From Octopus bimaculoides (lineage: Eukaryota), in NCBI RefSeq assembly GCF_001194135.2, contig NC_068997.1, forward strand, positions 9,510,108 to 9,574,107: DNA of 64,000 nt. Reading direction: 5' to 3'. Positions 12,485 to 22,858 of this stretch are shown here, in pieces. Position 1 is the first letter of the stretch; every line of letters starts with the position of its first letter. The position numbers and the translations under genes are program-made. The notes under the pieces were generated by a model, which saw only the letters and a list, made by a program, of their open reading frames with translations, was not told where the DNA came from and ran no database searches.

Positions 12485-12855
12485 CAATTTCAGGGGTGGG
12501 TGGGGAAAGGGTAAGTCAATAAGATCGATCCCAGTGTTCAACTCGTACATATTTTATCGACCCTGAAAGGATGAAAGGCAAAGTCAACCTTGGCAGAATT
12601 TGAACTCAGAATGTAAAGACAGATGAAATACTGCTAAGCATTTCATCCGAGATCATTTCAAACTTTGGCACAAGGCCAGCAATTTCAGGGAGACTGTAAC
12701 TCAATTACATCGACCCCTGCGCTTGACTACTGATTATTTTATTGACCATGAAAGGATGAAAAGCAAAGTCGACCTTGGCAGTATTTGAACTCAGAATGTA
12801 AAAATGGATGAAATGTTGCTAAGCATGCTGCCTGGGAAGCTATACAATTCTGCCA
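12485..12855 (-). mobile_element. Two tandem SINE family B copies
   Basis: Two successive GAAAGGATGAAAGGCAAAGTC-ACCTTGGCAG units. Confidence 0.85.
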
Positions 12856-13369
12856 TTAAATTAAGATGAAAAGCCTTGGGAACAAGATAAATAAGTATAT
12901 AACAACACAATTCCCAAAACTAGTAAATTGAATGAGTTTATGATTGACTCATTTGTTGAAATAGTTGACAGCCTCACTCACATGCAAATTTCTTCTTCGT
13001 GTCCTGGCATAAAAAAATAAATATACACACAAAAAAAAAATCAGTTATGTCTTTATTCGAAGAAATCTAATTAACTGTCGGCAGCTAAAAGAAGGACTGG
13101 GGAAGATTTAACAACCATTGTTAGCAAGAACATTGCACAAGTGAATCAAAACATCAGATCTTCAGTGACATAACAGTGTTAAGAAATAAAGATTTCTCAT
13201 AAACAAACCTACAAATTTTGTAGAGAAGATACGGCTGATTAAAATTGGCCCCCTCCACCCTGATACTTGACTGTAAATTATTTTATTTATCTACTCCGGG
13301 AAGATATCATAAGAGGTATTTGAAATCTAGACACAGAAAGGACACACTGTATTTTCTAGCATGGAAGTT

Positions 13370-13440
13370 GGATTTTCCAGACCAAAATTTTCGATCAAAA
13401 ATGGTAGGTCGTCTTATGTATCAAGACAATTTTGGAGTAC
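13370..13440. mobile_element. pogo/Tigger-like MITE end
   Basis: AAAAATGGTAGGTCGTCTTATGTATCAAGAC resembles the GGGTCGTCTTATA subterminal motif of such MITEs. Confidence 0.3.
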
Positions 13441-13562
13441 CACAAAATTCTATTTGACATGCAGCAGAATTTCAAAAGACACAGATGATGTTTGAATATT
13501 TGCAGTATATGTTTACACTATATTCTACAATGACTTGTATGCTGGAAAATACTAAAAATTAG

Positions 13563-13972
13563 TTTCAAATTTTGACACAAGGCCAGCAATTTTGGGGGAA
13601 AGAGCAAGTCATTTGCATCAACCCCAGTACACAACTGGTACTTATTTTATCAATCCTGACAGCACAAAAGACAAAGTCGGCCGCAGCGGAATTTGAACTC
13701 AGAATGTGAAGTCAGACGAAATGTTTTTTGGCATGGTAACGATCCACCAGACTACAATAACTAAATATTGACTTCGAATTTTGGCACAAGGCCAGCAATT
13801 TCATGGGAGGGGTAGTTTGATCACAATGATCCCAGTGCTCAACTGGTACTTATTTCATCAACTCCAAAAGGATGAAAGGCAAAGTTGACCTTGGCAGAAT
13901 TTGAGCTCAGAACATAAAGATGGAAAAATGCCACTAAACATTTTGTCCAGCATGCCAACAATTCTACCAGCC
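13563..13972 (-). mobile_element. Two tandem SINE family B copies
   Basis: Two successive TTTTG-CACAAGGCCAGCAATTT...GAATTTGA-CTCAGAA units. Confidence 0.85.
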
Positions 13973-14841
13973 CTCCCACAATGTCCTATGATTGTGTAAT
14001 ACACCATTAATGATTATAATGAAACAGTTAAACCATTTTTCAAAGACCAAGCAAACTCAGAAAATGGCTGGCCATAAATAAATGGTCTTGGATAGTGTCT
14101 ACAGAAGTGACAACACTGGTATGGGAATGTTATGTAAGTAGATGATGCATGCTGGGTAACTGAAAGTAATGATCGATTTTATTTGTGTTATTAAATGGTA
14201 AACTCTGCTTCTTGAAGATAGATCACTGACAGCTGGAATAAGTCAATGAATCCTGTGATCCAGATATGTAGATATGTAACCCAATTCATGGTTAATGTCA
14301 CTGTGAAGATTGTTTCCAGTCAAATCCCAAGTTAATGATGGCATGTATTCAGCAATTAGACTAACACAATTCTGAAACTCTATTAGAAGCAGTTAAGTCC
14401 AATATCTGAGTTGTGTTTTCTCAAATTGAAACAATGCCAGGTAGTTTGGTTTGAGCCAAACATCCAGAGAACAATCAACTTTCACTTTCTCTCCACCCCC
14501 CTCTCTCTCTCTATCTTTACTTATTTTGTTTATCAAGGAGAAATTGTCCAAAGATTTAAAATTTGAAACGTGTAACCAGAGCCTTCTTTGCTAAAGATAC
14601 CATGGAATGTACTGAGAAAGATTTAGCTGCTAAAAAGAACAAATCAAAACAATTACATGTAGAATTTATCACTCTCATGTCTGAACTTTCCCTTCAGGCA
14701 CATTTATGGAAAAAAAAATTATCCATGGATAGAACAAGGAACAGTCATTGGAAATAATTTTAAAAAAGGGTAGCAACAATGATTCTTGAAAATAACAACA
14801 CAAACAATAATAATAATTGCCAAAGAAAAATATATTCTTAC

Positions 14842-15626
14842 CTGTAATATATAATAACTCCTTCTTCTATTACTCGCTTCCAGCCTAAAGGTGTAATAAC
14901 ACTACAAAAGGAAAGTTTCTTTGGATAGAATGGCAACTCTGATGTTAGGGGTGGTTCTACTGTATCAGTGGCTGACGCAGACTTTTGAGTACACCGACTG
15001 TTCATTTGGTGTGAAGAAGGGGTCTGTTGTGAGTTGCTATTATTTGGTTTTACAGGTTGAGGATATTTTGTGGTCAGCATCGTGACAGTTGGAATAGCCA
15101 CCTGTGAATGTACATGGGCAGGCATTAACGATCCAAAATTACTGCTTGTTGTTGTAGTAATTGTTGTGGTGGTGATGGTAGTGTGATTACAGCTGGCCAC
15201 CACTTCGGCGTTATTGATGCTATTGTTGCCCATGGTGTTGGCGTTGGTGTTCTTGGACAACAACTGGCTGACTAGTGAACCAGCAACCACAGACGGAGTT
15301 GATGGCAGATTCCGAGAAGGCAGAGTAAAACTGTTCGATACAGAGTCTCCGAGTTCTTGTATTTCTGGAAGATGGCTCTGACCATTAAACAGAGCATTAT
15401 CACCTTCGGCCACATTGTTTTCCTCCTCTTTACTAAGCTTTCCAGGATTAATTTGTGGGGTTGGTGCTTGTACGCAGGCCATCAGGTTGGCAGGAAGTTC
15501 CAAACTTGTAGCCTGAAGAAAGGCATTGTGGTTCAGTGATGCTCTGGTCAGCTGACTATGAGGGGAATGGTGCTGCTGTTGCTGCTGGTTAAATTGTGTC
15601 AAAAAATGATCAAAGTTAGGCAACGT

Positions 15627-15657
<31 letters not shown>

Positions 15658-16022
15658 CCTTGGGATTGCATAATACTGTCCAGCAGACTCTTATAGTTGA
15701 TGGAAAGTTTATCAATGGAACAATTGTTCGGTGCCTCAGAAGTCCCTTGTAAACTGCTGAACTGTGTTGGCATGCTTCCAATGGGGACGGTAGCAGCAGA
15801 CATGTAGCCAGCTGGGAGCTCATTCGGCACATTAACTATAGAAGAGATTCCACGATCAAGACTCTGAATTCCAACTGGGAAAGCACCATTTCCGGTTACA
15901 ATTCCAGTGTGAAGTACAGGAGTCTTTAACGTGATCGGCAAATGTGTTAATCCTCCAAACTGAAGGTTATTGGATCCAGAACCATAGGTGACAGCATTCC
16001 TCTGTCCTGGTTCAGAATTCAT
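14842..16022 (-). CDS. MBD5: First coding exon of an MBD5/MBD6-like (PR-DUB-associated) MBD protein: 393 codons + 2 nt; Ser/Thr/Asn/Gln/Ala-rich N-terminus, then the N-terminal half of the MBD
   Basis: Long non-repetitive ORF (track 14838..16046). It ends VITPLGWKRVIEEGVIIYY, matching the P-x-GW-x-R-x8-Y spacing of human MBD5 (VPVGWQRRVDQNGVLYVS, from memory). Consensus donor TACAG|GTAAGA at 14842/14841, phase 2. ATG at 16022 has A at -3 and an in-frame TAA 11 codons upstream. MBD5 versus MBD6 orthology cannot be resolved here. Confidence 0.8.
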
Positions 16023-16306
16023 TCTCCCCGTCAGTACGCCGCTCACATGAGCTTAAAGAGTGTTTTTAAAGCAGAGTGTCTCTACATGTCTATTTGGTGC
16101 TCTGTAGCTTCAAAAATACGACGATAAAGGAACTTAAAACTTCGAGATGTCCTCATTGTAATAAGTATGGAGGATCAGTATGGTTCCTTTTGTTTATCCA
16201 TATTGTTCATTTAAAATCCTATTTTTAAGACATTAAAGATGAAGTCCAAGGTGAAGAACAAGCCCAGGTACATATTGAGCTAAAACATCTGGTACATTCA
16301 TGGAAT
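16023..16306 (-). other. 5' UTR portion of the same exon
   Basis: Strong acceptor TTTTTTTCTTTATATTTTTCAG|ATTCC with AG at 16308-16307; no open frame continuous with the CDS; about 10 upstream ATGs. Confidence 0.6.
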
Positions 16307-16491
16307 CTGAAAAATATAAAGAAAAAAAACAGAATCAATATATGCTGTTGGACACAGTATTACATAGAACAGTCTAAATAAACATCAAACGAAAGTTAAC
16401 CCAACAAAATATTTGATATCCACTGAGGAGATTTGTTTCTCAGCCAGTTTATGATATATTAAGAAAAAATATATATAAAATACATACACAG

Positions 16492-16552
<61 letters not shown>

Positions 16553-16646
16553 GATACACACACATGTATACAGAGAGGAGAGAGGGAATGAAACACATAG
16601 AAAGAGAAGAATATACATGGAAGATATATATATATATATATATATA

Positions 16647-16698
<52 letters not shown>

Positions 16699-17710
16699 CA
16701 GAGAGAGAGATAGAGAGAGAAGGGAAGATTAAAAAGAGAAAGAAGAGAGATTCATTTCTTTGCCGAAATACAACTTCAGAAACCAATTCCAAATAATAAT
16801 ATACTCTGCCTTTTAATACGGTTTGGTGCCATTTAGCATAAAAGGTTAATGGAATCAAAAGTTTGGAGTGAGAAAAGAATTCTTGGAGAGGCTTCTTCAT
16901 TTTATTTTATTTTGTTTNNNNNNNNNNNNNNNNNNNNNNNNNNNNNNNNNNNNNNNNNNNNNNNNNNNNNNNNNNNNNNNNNNNNNNNNNNNNNNNNNNN
17001 NNNNNNNNNNNNNNNNNNNNNNNNNNNNNNNNNNNNNNNNNNNNNNNNNNNNNNNNNNNNNNNNNNNNNNNNNNNNNNNNNNNNNNNNNNNNNNNNNNNN
17101 NNNNNNNNNNNNNNNNNNNNNNNNNNNNNNNNNNNNNNNNNNNNNNNNNNNNNNNNNNNNNNNNNNNNNNNNNNNNNNNNNNNNNNNNNNNNNNNNNNNN
17201 NNNNNNNNNNNNNNNNNNNNNNNNNNNNNNNNNNNNNNNNNNNNNNNNNNNNNNNNNNNNNNNNNNNNNNNNNNNNNNNNNNNNNNNNNNNNNNNNNNNN
17301 NNNNNNNNNNNNNNNNNNNNNNNNNNNNNNNNNNNNNNNATGCAATTGTAAAATACTGATAACGAAGAAAAAGTTTCTAAGATATCAAAGAAAGAAGGAA
17401 AGAAGGAAAGAAATACAATTAAGATTTGTTGATTCATGTGAATGTATGATTGATGAAAAGAACATTTTTTTCTTCTACCCCCCCCTCTCCCTCTCTCGCA
17501 ATTAGATTACGAATTTAATAAATCCTCAACGAAACTATGTATTTTGGGATATGGCAATTATGAAAGTCATGTAATAACACACACACATACACACAAACAT
17601 ATATATGCTTTTTCCTATCTATGATAAACAGAATTGCATATTATCCAAACCATTCTCAATGAAGTACGAGTGCATGCATGTGTGTGTGTGTATACATATA
17701 TGTATATACG

Positions 17711-18027
17711 CAGTGGAATTTCGGTTTACGAATGCCACTTATGAACAAATCAGTTTACAAACAATTTTTCAAACATAAAACGTCTCAGATGATGAGGGGT
17801 GTCTCAAATAACGAACATGCAAGCAACAACAGTTGTCGACAAGCTGAGAGAGTATTAATGGGAGAGCATCAGTTGTTGTCTAGCTTTCACTCAGGGCACA
17901 TCCCAGCTTGAATAATGATGTACATTCTTGTGAATTTCTTACAGGAAATATAGTTATGGTTTATGAACATTTTTGGTGATGAACAGCCTTCAGGAATGAA
18001 TTAAATTCGTAAACTATGGTTCCAATA
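17711..18027. mobile_element. Tigger/pogo-like MITE
   Basis: TIRs CAGTGGAATTTCGGTTTACGAAT / ATTCGTAAACTATGGTTCCAATA (16/23 match) in a TA context. Confidence 0.65.
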
Positions 18028-18382
18028 TATATATAGATCGGAAGNNNNNNNNNNNNNNNNNNNNNNNNNNNNNNNNNNNNNNNNNNNNNNNNNNNNNNNN
18101 NNNNNNNNNNNNNNNNNNNNNNNNNNNNNNNNNNNNNNNNNNNNNNNNNNNNNNNNNNNNNNNNNNNNNNNNNNNNNNNNNNNNNNNNNNNNNNNNNNNN
18201 NNNNNNNNNNNNNNTATATATACATATATATATATCTGGCACAGTTTATATAATAATGCGGTGGCACTTCTGTCTGGCACAGTTTATAACCCCATAAGTT
18301 GACTTCGCCCAGTATAATATTTACTGCTCTACATCTTAGAGTGTGCTTCTCCTCTGGATTTATGTGTTTCTACAAACAATCC

Positions 18383-18420
<38 letters not shown>

Positions 18421-18839
18421 GGTAAAGACCTCTTCAGTCTCAAATGATCATGGGATTGCACTTAGAAAGTTTCCCTCTTGGGCACAAGTCCGGGCAAGGT
18501 TGTTTGTAGACCGGCAGTCACTCATGCATACCAGCCTCCCCTCTACATGATAATGATGTTGTCCAAGGGAACGGCAAAGCCCAATACACCTCGGCACTGG
18601 TCATGGCACAACTCATTGCTACAGCTGAAAGAATTGGGGGTGACATGAAATAAAGTGTCTTGCTCAAGAACACAACTCATAGCCCAGTTCAGGAATTGAA
18701 ATCACTACCTCATGGTTGTAAGCCTAACGCTCTAACCACTGAGCCATGCATATATATACACACACACACACACATCAAAATCATCATCATCATCATCATT
18801 TAATGTCCATGTTCTATGCTAGCATTCCTTCTTGAGTCA

Positions 18840-19050
18840 TACTGACTCATAAGGGCCAGTTTCAGGGCATATATATATTCCCCACCCGGATGGGACACTC
18901 ATCCATTGCCCTTTTGCCAGCTGAGTGGACTGGTGCAATGTAAAATGAACTGTTTTGTTCAAGAACACAATGCATCGCCCAGTCCAGGGATTGAAACCAC
19001 AATCTTACAATCATGAGTCCAACACCCTAACCACTAAGCCACACACCTCC
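18840..19050 (-). mobile_element. SINE related to family D (GGATGGGACAC...GAGTGGACTGG); second copy at about 43130-43350(-)
   Basis: Shared CCCTAACCACT-AGCC head and GGATGGGAC body between the two loci. Confidence 0.75.
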
Positions 19051-19668
19051 ACATACTGGCATGGATTGGACAGTTTGATAGGATCCAATGGGACCAAACG
19101 CTGCATCCTACTCCAGTGTCTGCTTTGGCATAGTTTCTATAACTGGATGCCCTTATTAATGCCAACCACTTTACAGGTGTAAAGGGTGCTTTTTTTTGTT
19201 TTGTTTTGTGCTACTAACACTACTGAGGCCATCATGCAGTTGGGAAAACTATGAACCCAAACTGGGGTAACATTATGCTAATGAAGAGTAAAGAGGAGTA
19301 AAGCATAATATCTAAGGAAAAAAACCAAATCTCCAATTTATATGATGAACTGATTTTGCTGTGTGTTGCTGTCACTGATTAATGTCAGTTATGTACATTA
19401 GATAAATAATCACACTGAAAAAATAAATGAATATAAAGTTGGATGTAAATTCTTCTCTGAGGACCTGGAGGGCTTTTAAGGTCTCATGCTCTACTTTCAT
19501 TAAGCATATAAAAAACAAAAATAGTTCTCTCTGAATATATGATACAATGCTCTCTGAGGTAAATTTCCCAAAGTATTTGATAACCATATTTGGCAGCTAA
19601 GTTAACAAGGGCAGCCCAAAATTAAATTAGGTGTCAAAAGTATACAAGAGAAACCACAGACAGGCTTC

Positions 19669-20010
19669 TTACTTTGCACAGTACATTATAAATAAATTTG
19701 TATCATTTATACTAATGTATAGGTACTTATCACCTGGATCACCTTGATCAGTCAAGCTGTCTGGTGCCAAGTCGGCTCCACTAACCACAGCATTCACTTT
19801 ATTCCCCTCCTGCTCTCGCCATTCCTCTGCATGTTGCTCCAAACATTTTTCTTAAATCACCTTCCTACCTAATTGGAAGTCTTCCACACATGTGGGTACC
19901 GATCAACATCTATACAGGTCCACTGATCATCTGTGAACCTTGCAACATGACTGGCCCATTATATAGGTACTTAAACTTAGTATAAATGATACAAGTACTG
20001 TGCAAGGTAC
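19669..20010. mobile_element. Unclassified MITE/foldback element
   Basis: Perfect 18-bp inverted repeat TTGTATCATTTATACTAA (19698-19715 / 19977-19994) plus outer TTGCACAGTAC arms; no clear TSD. Confidence 0.55.
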
Positions 20011-21217
20011 CAGCAGACTAATCTGGTAGCCACAGGAATTTAAGATTCTTCCTTGTATATCAGTGCAGATGCAAGAGGTTCTGAAACATCAGTGTCTGGA
20101 AAGTTAATGTTGTACCTGTACAGCAAGGTATATTAACTTCACCTTCTAATACTGCAGTCTGGCAACTACCTAATTTTTCCATTCCTTTTTGATTATTTAA
20201 TGACAGTAAACAGCATTGGCACAGAACCACAAATCATTGAAGGAAAAGGAAGGAGAGGGGCAGTTAATTTTATTGCTGCCCATATCTAATCCTAGCTTGT
20301 CTTATTGAAAAGATGATATCAAAGTTGAACAGAGTGGAATTTGAACTCAAATACATAGATAGCTGTAAGGAAATTTATTTAATCCAGCACTTTTAACATT
20401 TCAACCACTTCACTAATTTTGCATTATTTAATAATAACAATAGTCGTTCAACTGTATGCACACGCAATAAGATGTTCACCATGGACAAATTTACTGCCAA
20501 AATATATAAATGCATCAACTGTAAATGTTGTGCAGTATAAAATGCACTTTTTTTATGTTAAATAAAGGAGTGTGGTGTTAACATTTTAAATAAAGGAGGA
20601 AATAAACGCTGTTACTGAAATTGCTGTTTTATGATTGGCTGATTTCGTTGATTTGAACCACTGCATGATGGGTAAAAAGGAAAGAAAATAATGATGGAAA
20701 GAGAAAATATCTAGTTGCTGCTGCTGCTGCTACTGCTGCTGCTGGCAGTTGAACTATCAGACAAACGTATTGTGAATATTATGTCAGAAATCTAATAATC
20801 TTGAGATTACAGAGGAATCCAATAACCGAACCCAAATAACCATAACTCTCTCTCTCTTTCTTTCTCTCACACACAAATATTTCTGACAAAAGTATGGAGT
20901 TTCATATTTCTTTGGGAAAAGAAATATCAATGTTGTGATGTTCATACAATTCTCAAAAGGCATTGTCAGTAGGATAGAGTCACAGTTGAATGACAACTTA
21001 ATAACGTACCAAATCTCTCTATGAACATATAACCCTCTGACTGTCAGTCTGTCTGTATGTCTCTCTCTCATGCACACACACACACACACACACACATAAT
21101 GGACCTATGAAGAGTTCATCAATTACCAGTTGGTATCAAATGAACCCATGAAATATAACTATTCAAAGCACATACACATTAATACATTCACAAATTCATG
21201 CACTTTCACACACACAC

Positions 21218-21249
<32 letters not shown>

Positions 21250-21437
21250 ATTTGCTTGAAGAATATAGATTATTCAAGAACATACTTCAAATCATTATTA
21301 TTGTAATTCTAATTTTTTTTGTTTTGAACAATTGTTTTCTTTACTGCTTCTGTCATGTACTGGATAGTTCTTACACCACCACTACTACTTTTCAGCTGCC
21401 TTATATATATATATATATNNNNNNNNNNNNNNNNNNN

Positions 21438-21486
<49 letters not shown>

Positions 21487-22086
21487 ATATAATATATATG
21501 TATATCCTTACTCCCTATGTGCACATGTACACACTTTCATTTCAGTTCTTTTATAAACCATAATTCTGCATAATTCTGTTAGGTCATGAATATACAGAAG
21601 GTAAGTAGGCCACTAACAAAAGCAAAATTATGAGTAAAAGAAAAAAAATTTTGTTTAAAAAAAAAAAGACCAATAAAAATAAAGACAAACAAAATGCAAA
21701 AAATGGAAGGTGGAAATGGCTGCTTGAGATTGTCCAAATGAAAATGGTTGGAATTGATGGCTACATATATTAAGAAGTGAAATGACTGTGAAGATTGATT
21801 CTTTCTATTTCTGTACTATCATTTAGCATACTGAGAGACTGAAAAAGAAAAAGGAAAATAAAAGACAGAGAATAAGAAGGGGGGGGGGGGGTGAATGCTG
21901 TTTTAGGATTTAAAAAATAAAACCATATTTTTCAAGAAAAATAAGCAAAGATTGTTGATGTATGAACAAAATGAATATATGAATTTTTTACCACTTAAAA
22001 GACAAAAAAAAATAATATCCATTTGTTCCCTAATGCTGAGGGACCCCTCACTAGGAACTTGTTTTGATGTATCTTAGTTAATATTA

Positions 22087-22306
22087 GTTTTAAATTTTGG
22101 CACAAGGCCAGCAATTTCGAGGAGGGTGGGGATGCAAATTATTTACATTGACCCCAGTGCTCAACTGGTACTTATTTCATTGATCCCAAAAGGATGAAAG
22201 GCAAAGTCTACCTTGGTGGAATTTGAACTCAGAGCATAAAGACAGACAAAATGCCACCAAGCATTTTGCCTGGCATGCCAACAATTCTACCAGCTTGATG
22301 CCTTTG
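22087..22306 (-). mobile_element. SINE family B with 15-bp TSD
   Basis: TSD TCTTAGTTAATATTA at 22072-22086 and 22307-22321. Confidence 0.9.
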
Positions 22307-22330
22307 TCTTAGTTAATATTACAACTACTA

Positions 22331-22545
22331 TAAGGCAGCAAGCTGCCAGAAACGTTAGTGTGCCGGACAAAATGCTTAGCGCTATTTCATCTGTCTTTAC
22401 ATTCTGAGTTCAAATTCCTCCAAGGTCAAATTTACCTTTCATCCTTTCGGGGTCGATAAATTAAGTACCAGTTGCATACTGGGATCGATCTAATCAACTG
22501 GCCCCTTCCCTAAAAATTTTGGGCCTTGTGCCTAGAGTAGAAAAA
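22331..22545 (+). mobile_element. SINE family B with 16-bp TSD
   Basis: TSD AATATTACAACTACTA at 22315-22330 and 22546-22561. Confidence 0.9.
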
Positions 22546-22621
22546 AATATTACAACTACTACTACTTCCAACACCACTACTATTACTACTATTACTATTG
22601 TATCCATTTCACCTCCATTAG

Positions 22622-22858
22622 CAGGGTCACCTCAGTAGCATTATAGACCCCTGGGCAAATCAGTGCCTTGGGCCCTATAGTCATTATCTATTGAGAGCAA
22701 TCCAGAGCATACACAGATTAGAACTGGGTCCCAAGATATGTGACACCCTCAGGTAAATCCATGCACTGAGCCCTATAGTGTGTAGCTGCAACATATATAA
22801 AGAGCACAATTGGGCCTCAGGTAATTGCCCAATGTACCCACACCTTAAGATGGCACTG
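22622..22858. mobile_element. hAT-type MITE with 8-bp TSD
   Basis: Ends CAGGGTCACC.../...ATGGCACTG; flanks TCCATTAG (22614-22621) and TCCATTGG (22859-22866). Confidence 0.65.

Noticed and set aside
12485-13972. Repeated units with unique spacers superficially like an array
   Set aside because: They are tandem SINE copies about 200 bp long in a eukaryotic genome, not CRISPR repeats.
14563-14757. 64-aa plus-strand ORF next to the MBD exon donor
   Set aside because: Non-ATG start, no recognisable homology and no convincing donor.
16849-17505. Long ORFs spanning N runs (also 12.0-12.5, 18.0, 40.1, 50.0 and 56.3 kb)
   Set aside because: Open only because of unknown bases.
20560-20780. CCAAT/homeobox-like motifs (similar at 36730-36960)
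   Set aside because: Short motifs are common in AT-rich DNA; regulatory function cannot be supported from sequence alone.
21583-21600. 18-nt plus-strand microexon-like segment with a perfect AAG|GTAAGT donor
   Set aside because: One such 9-mer is expected roughly by chance in 64 kb of this composition; weak pyrimidine tract and no supporting gene.
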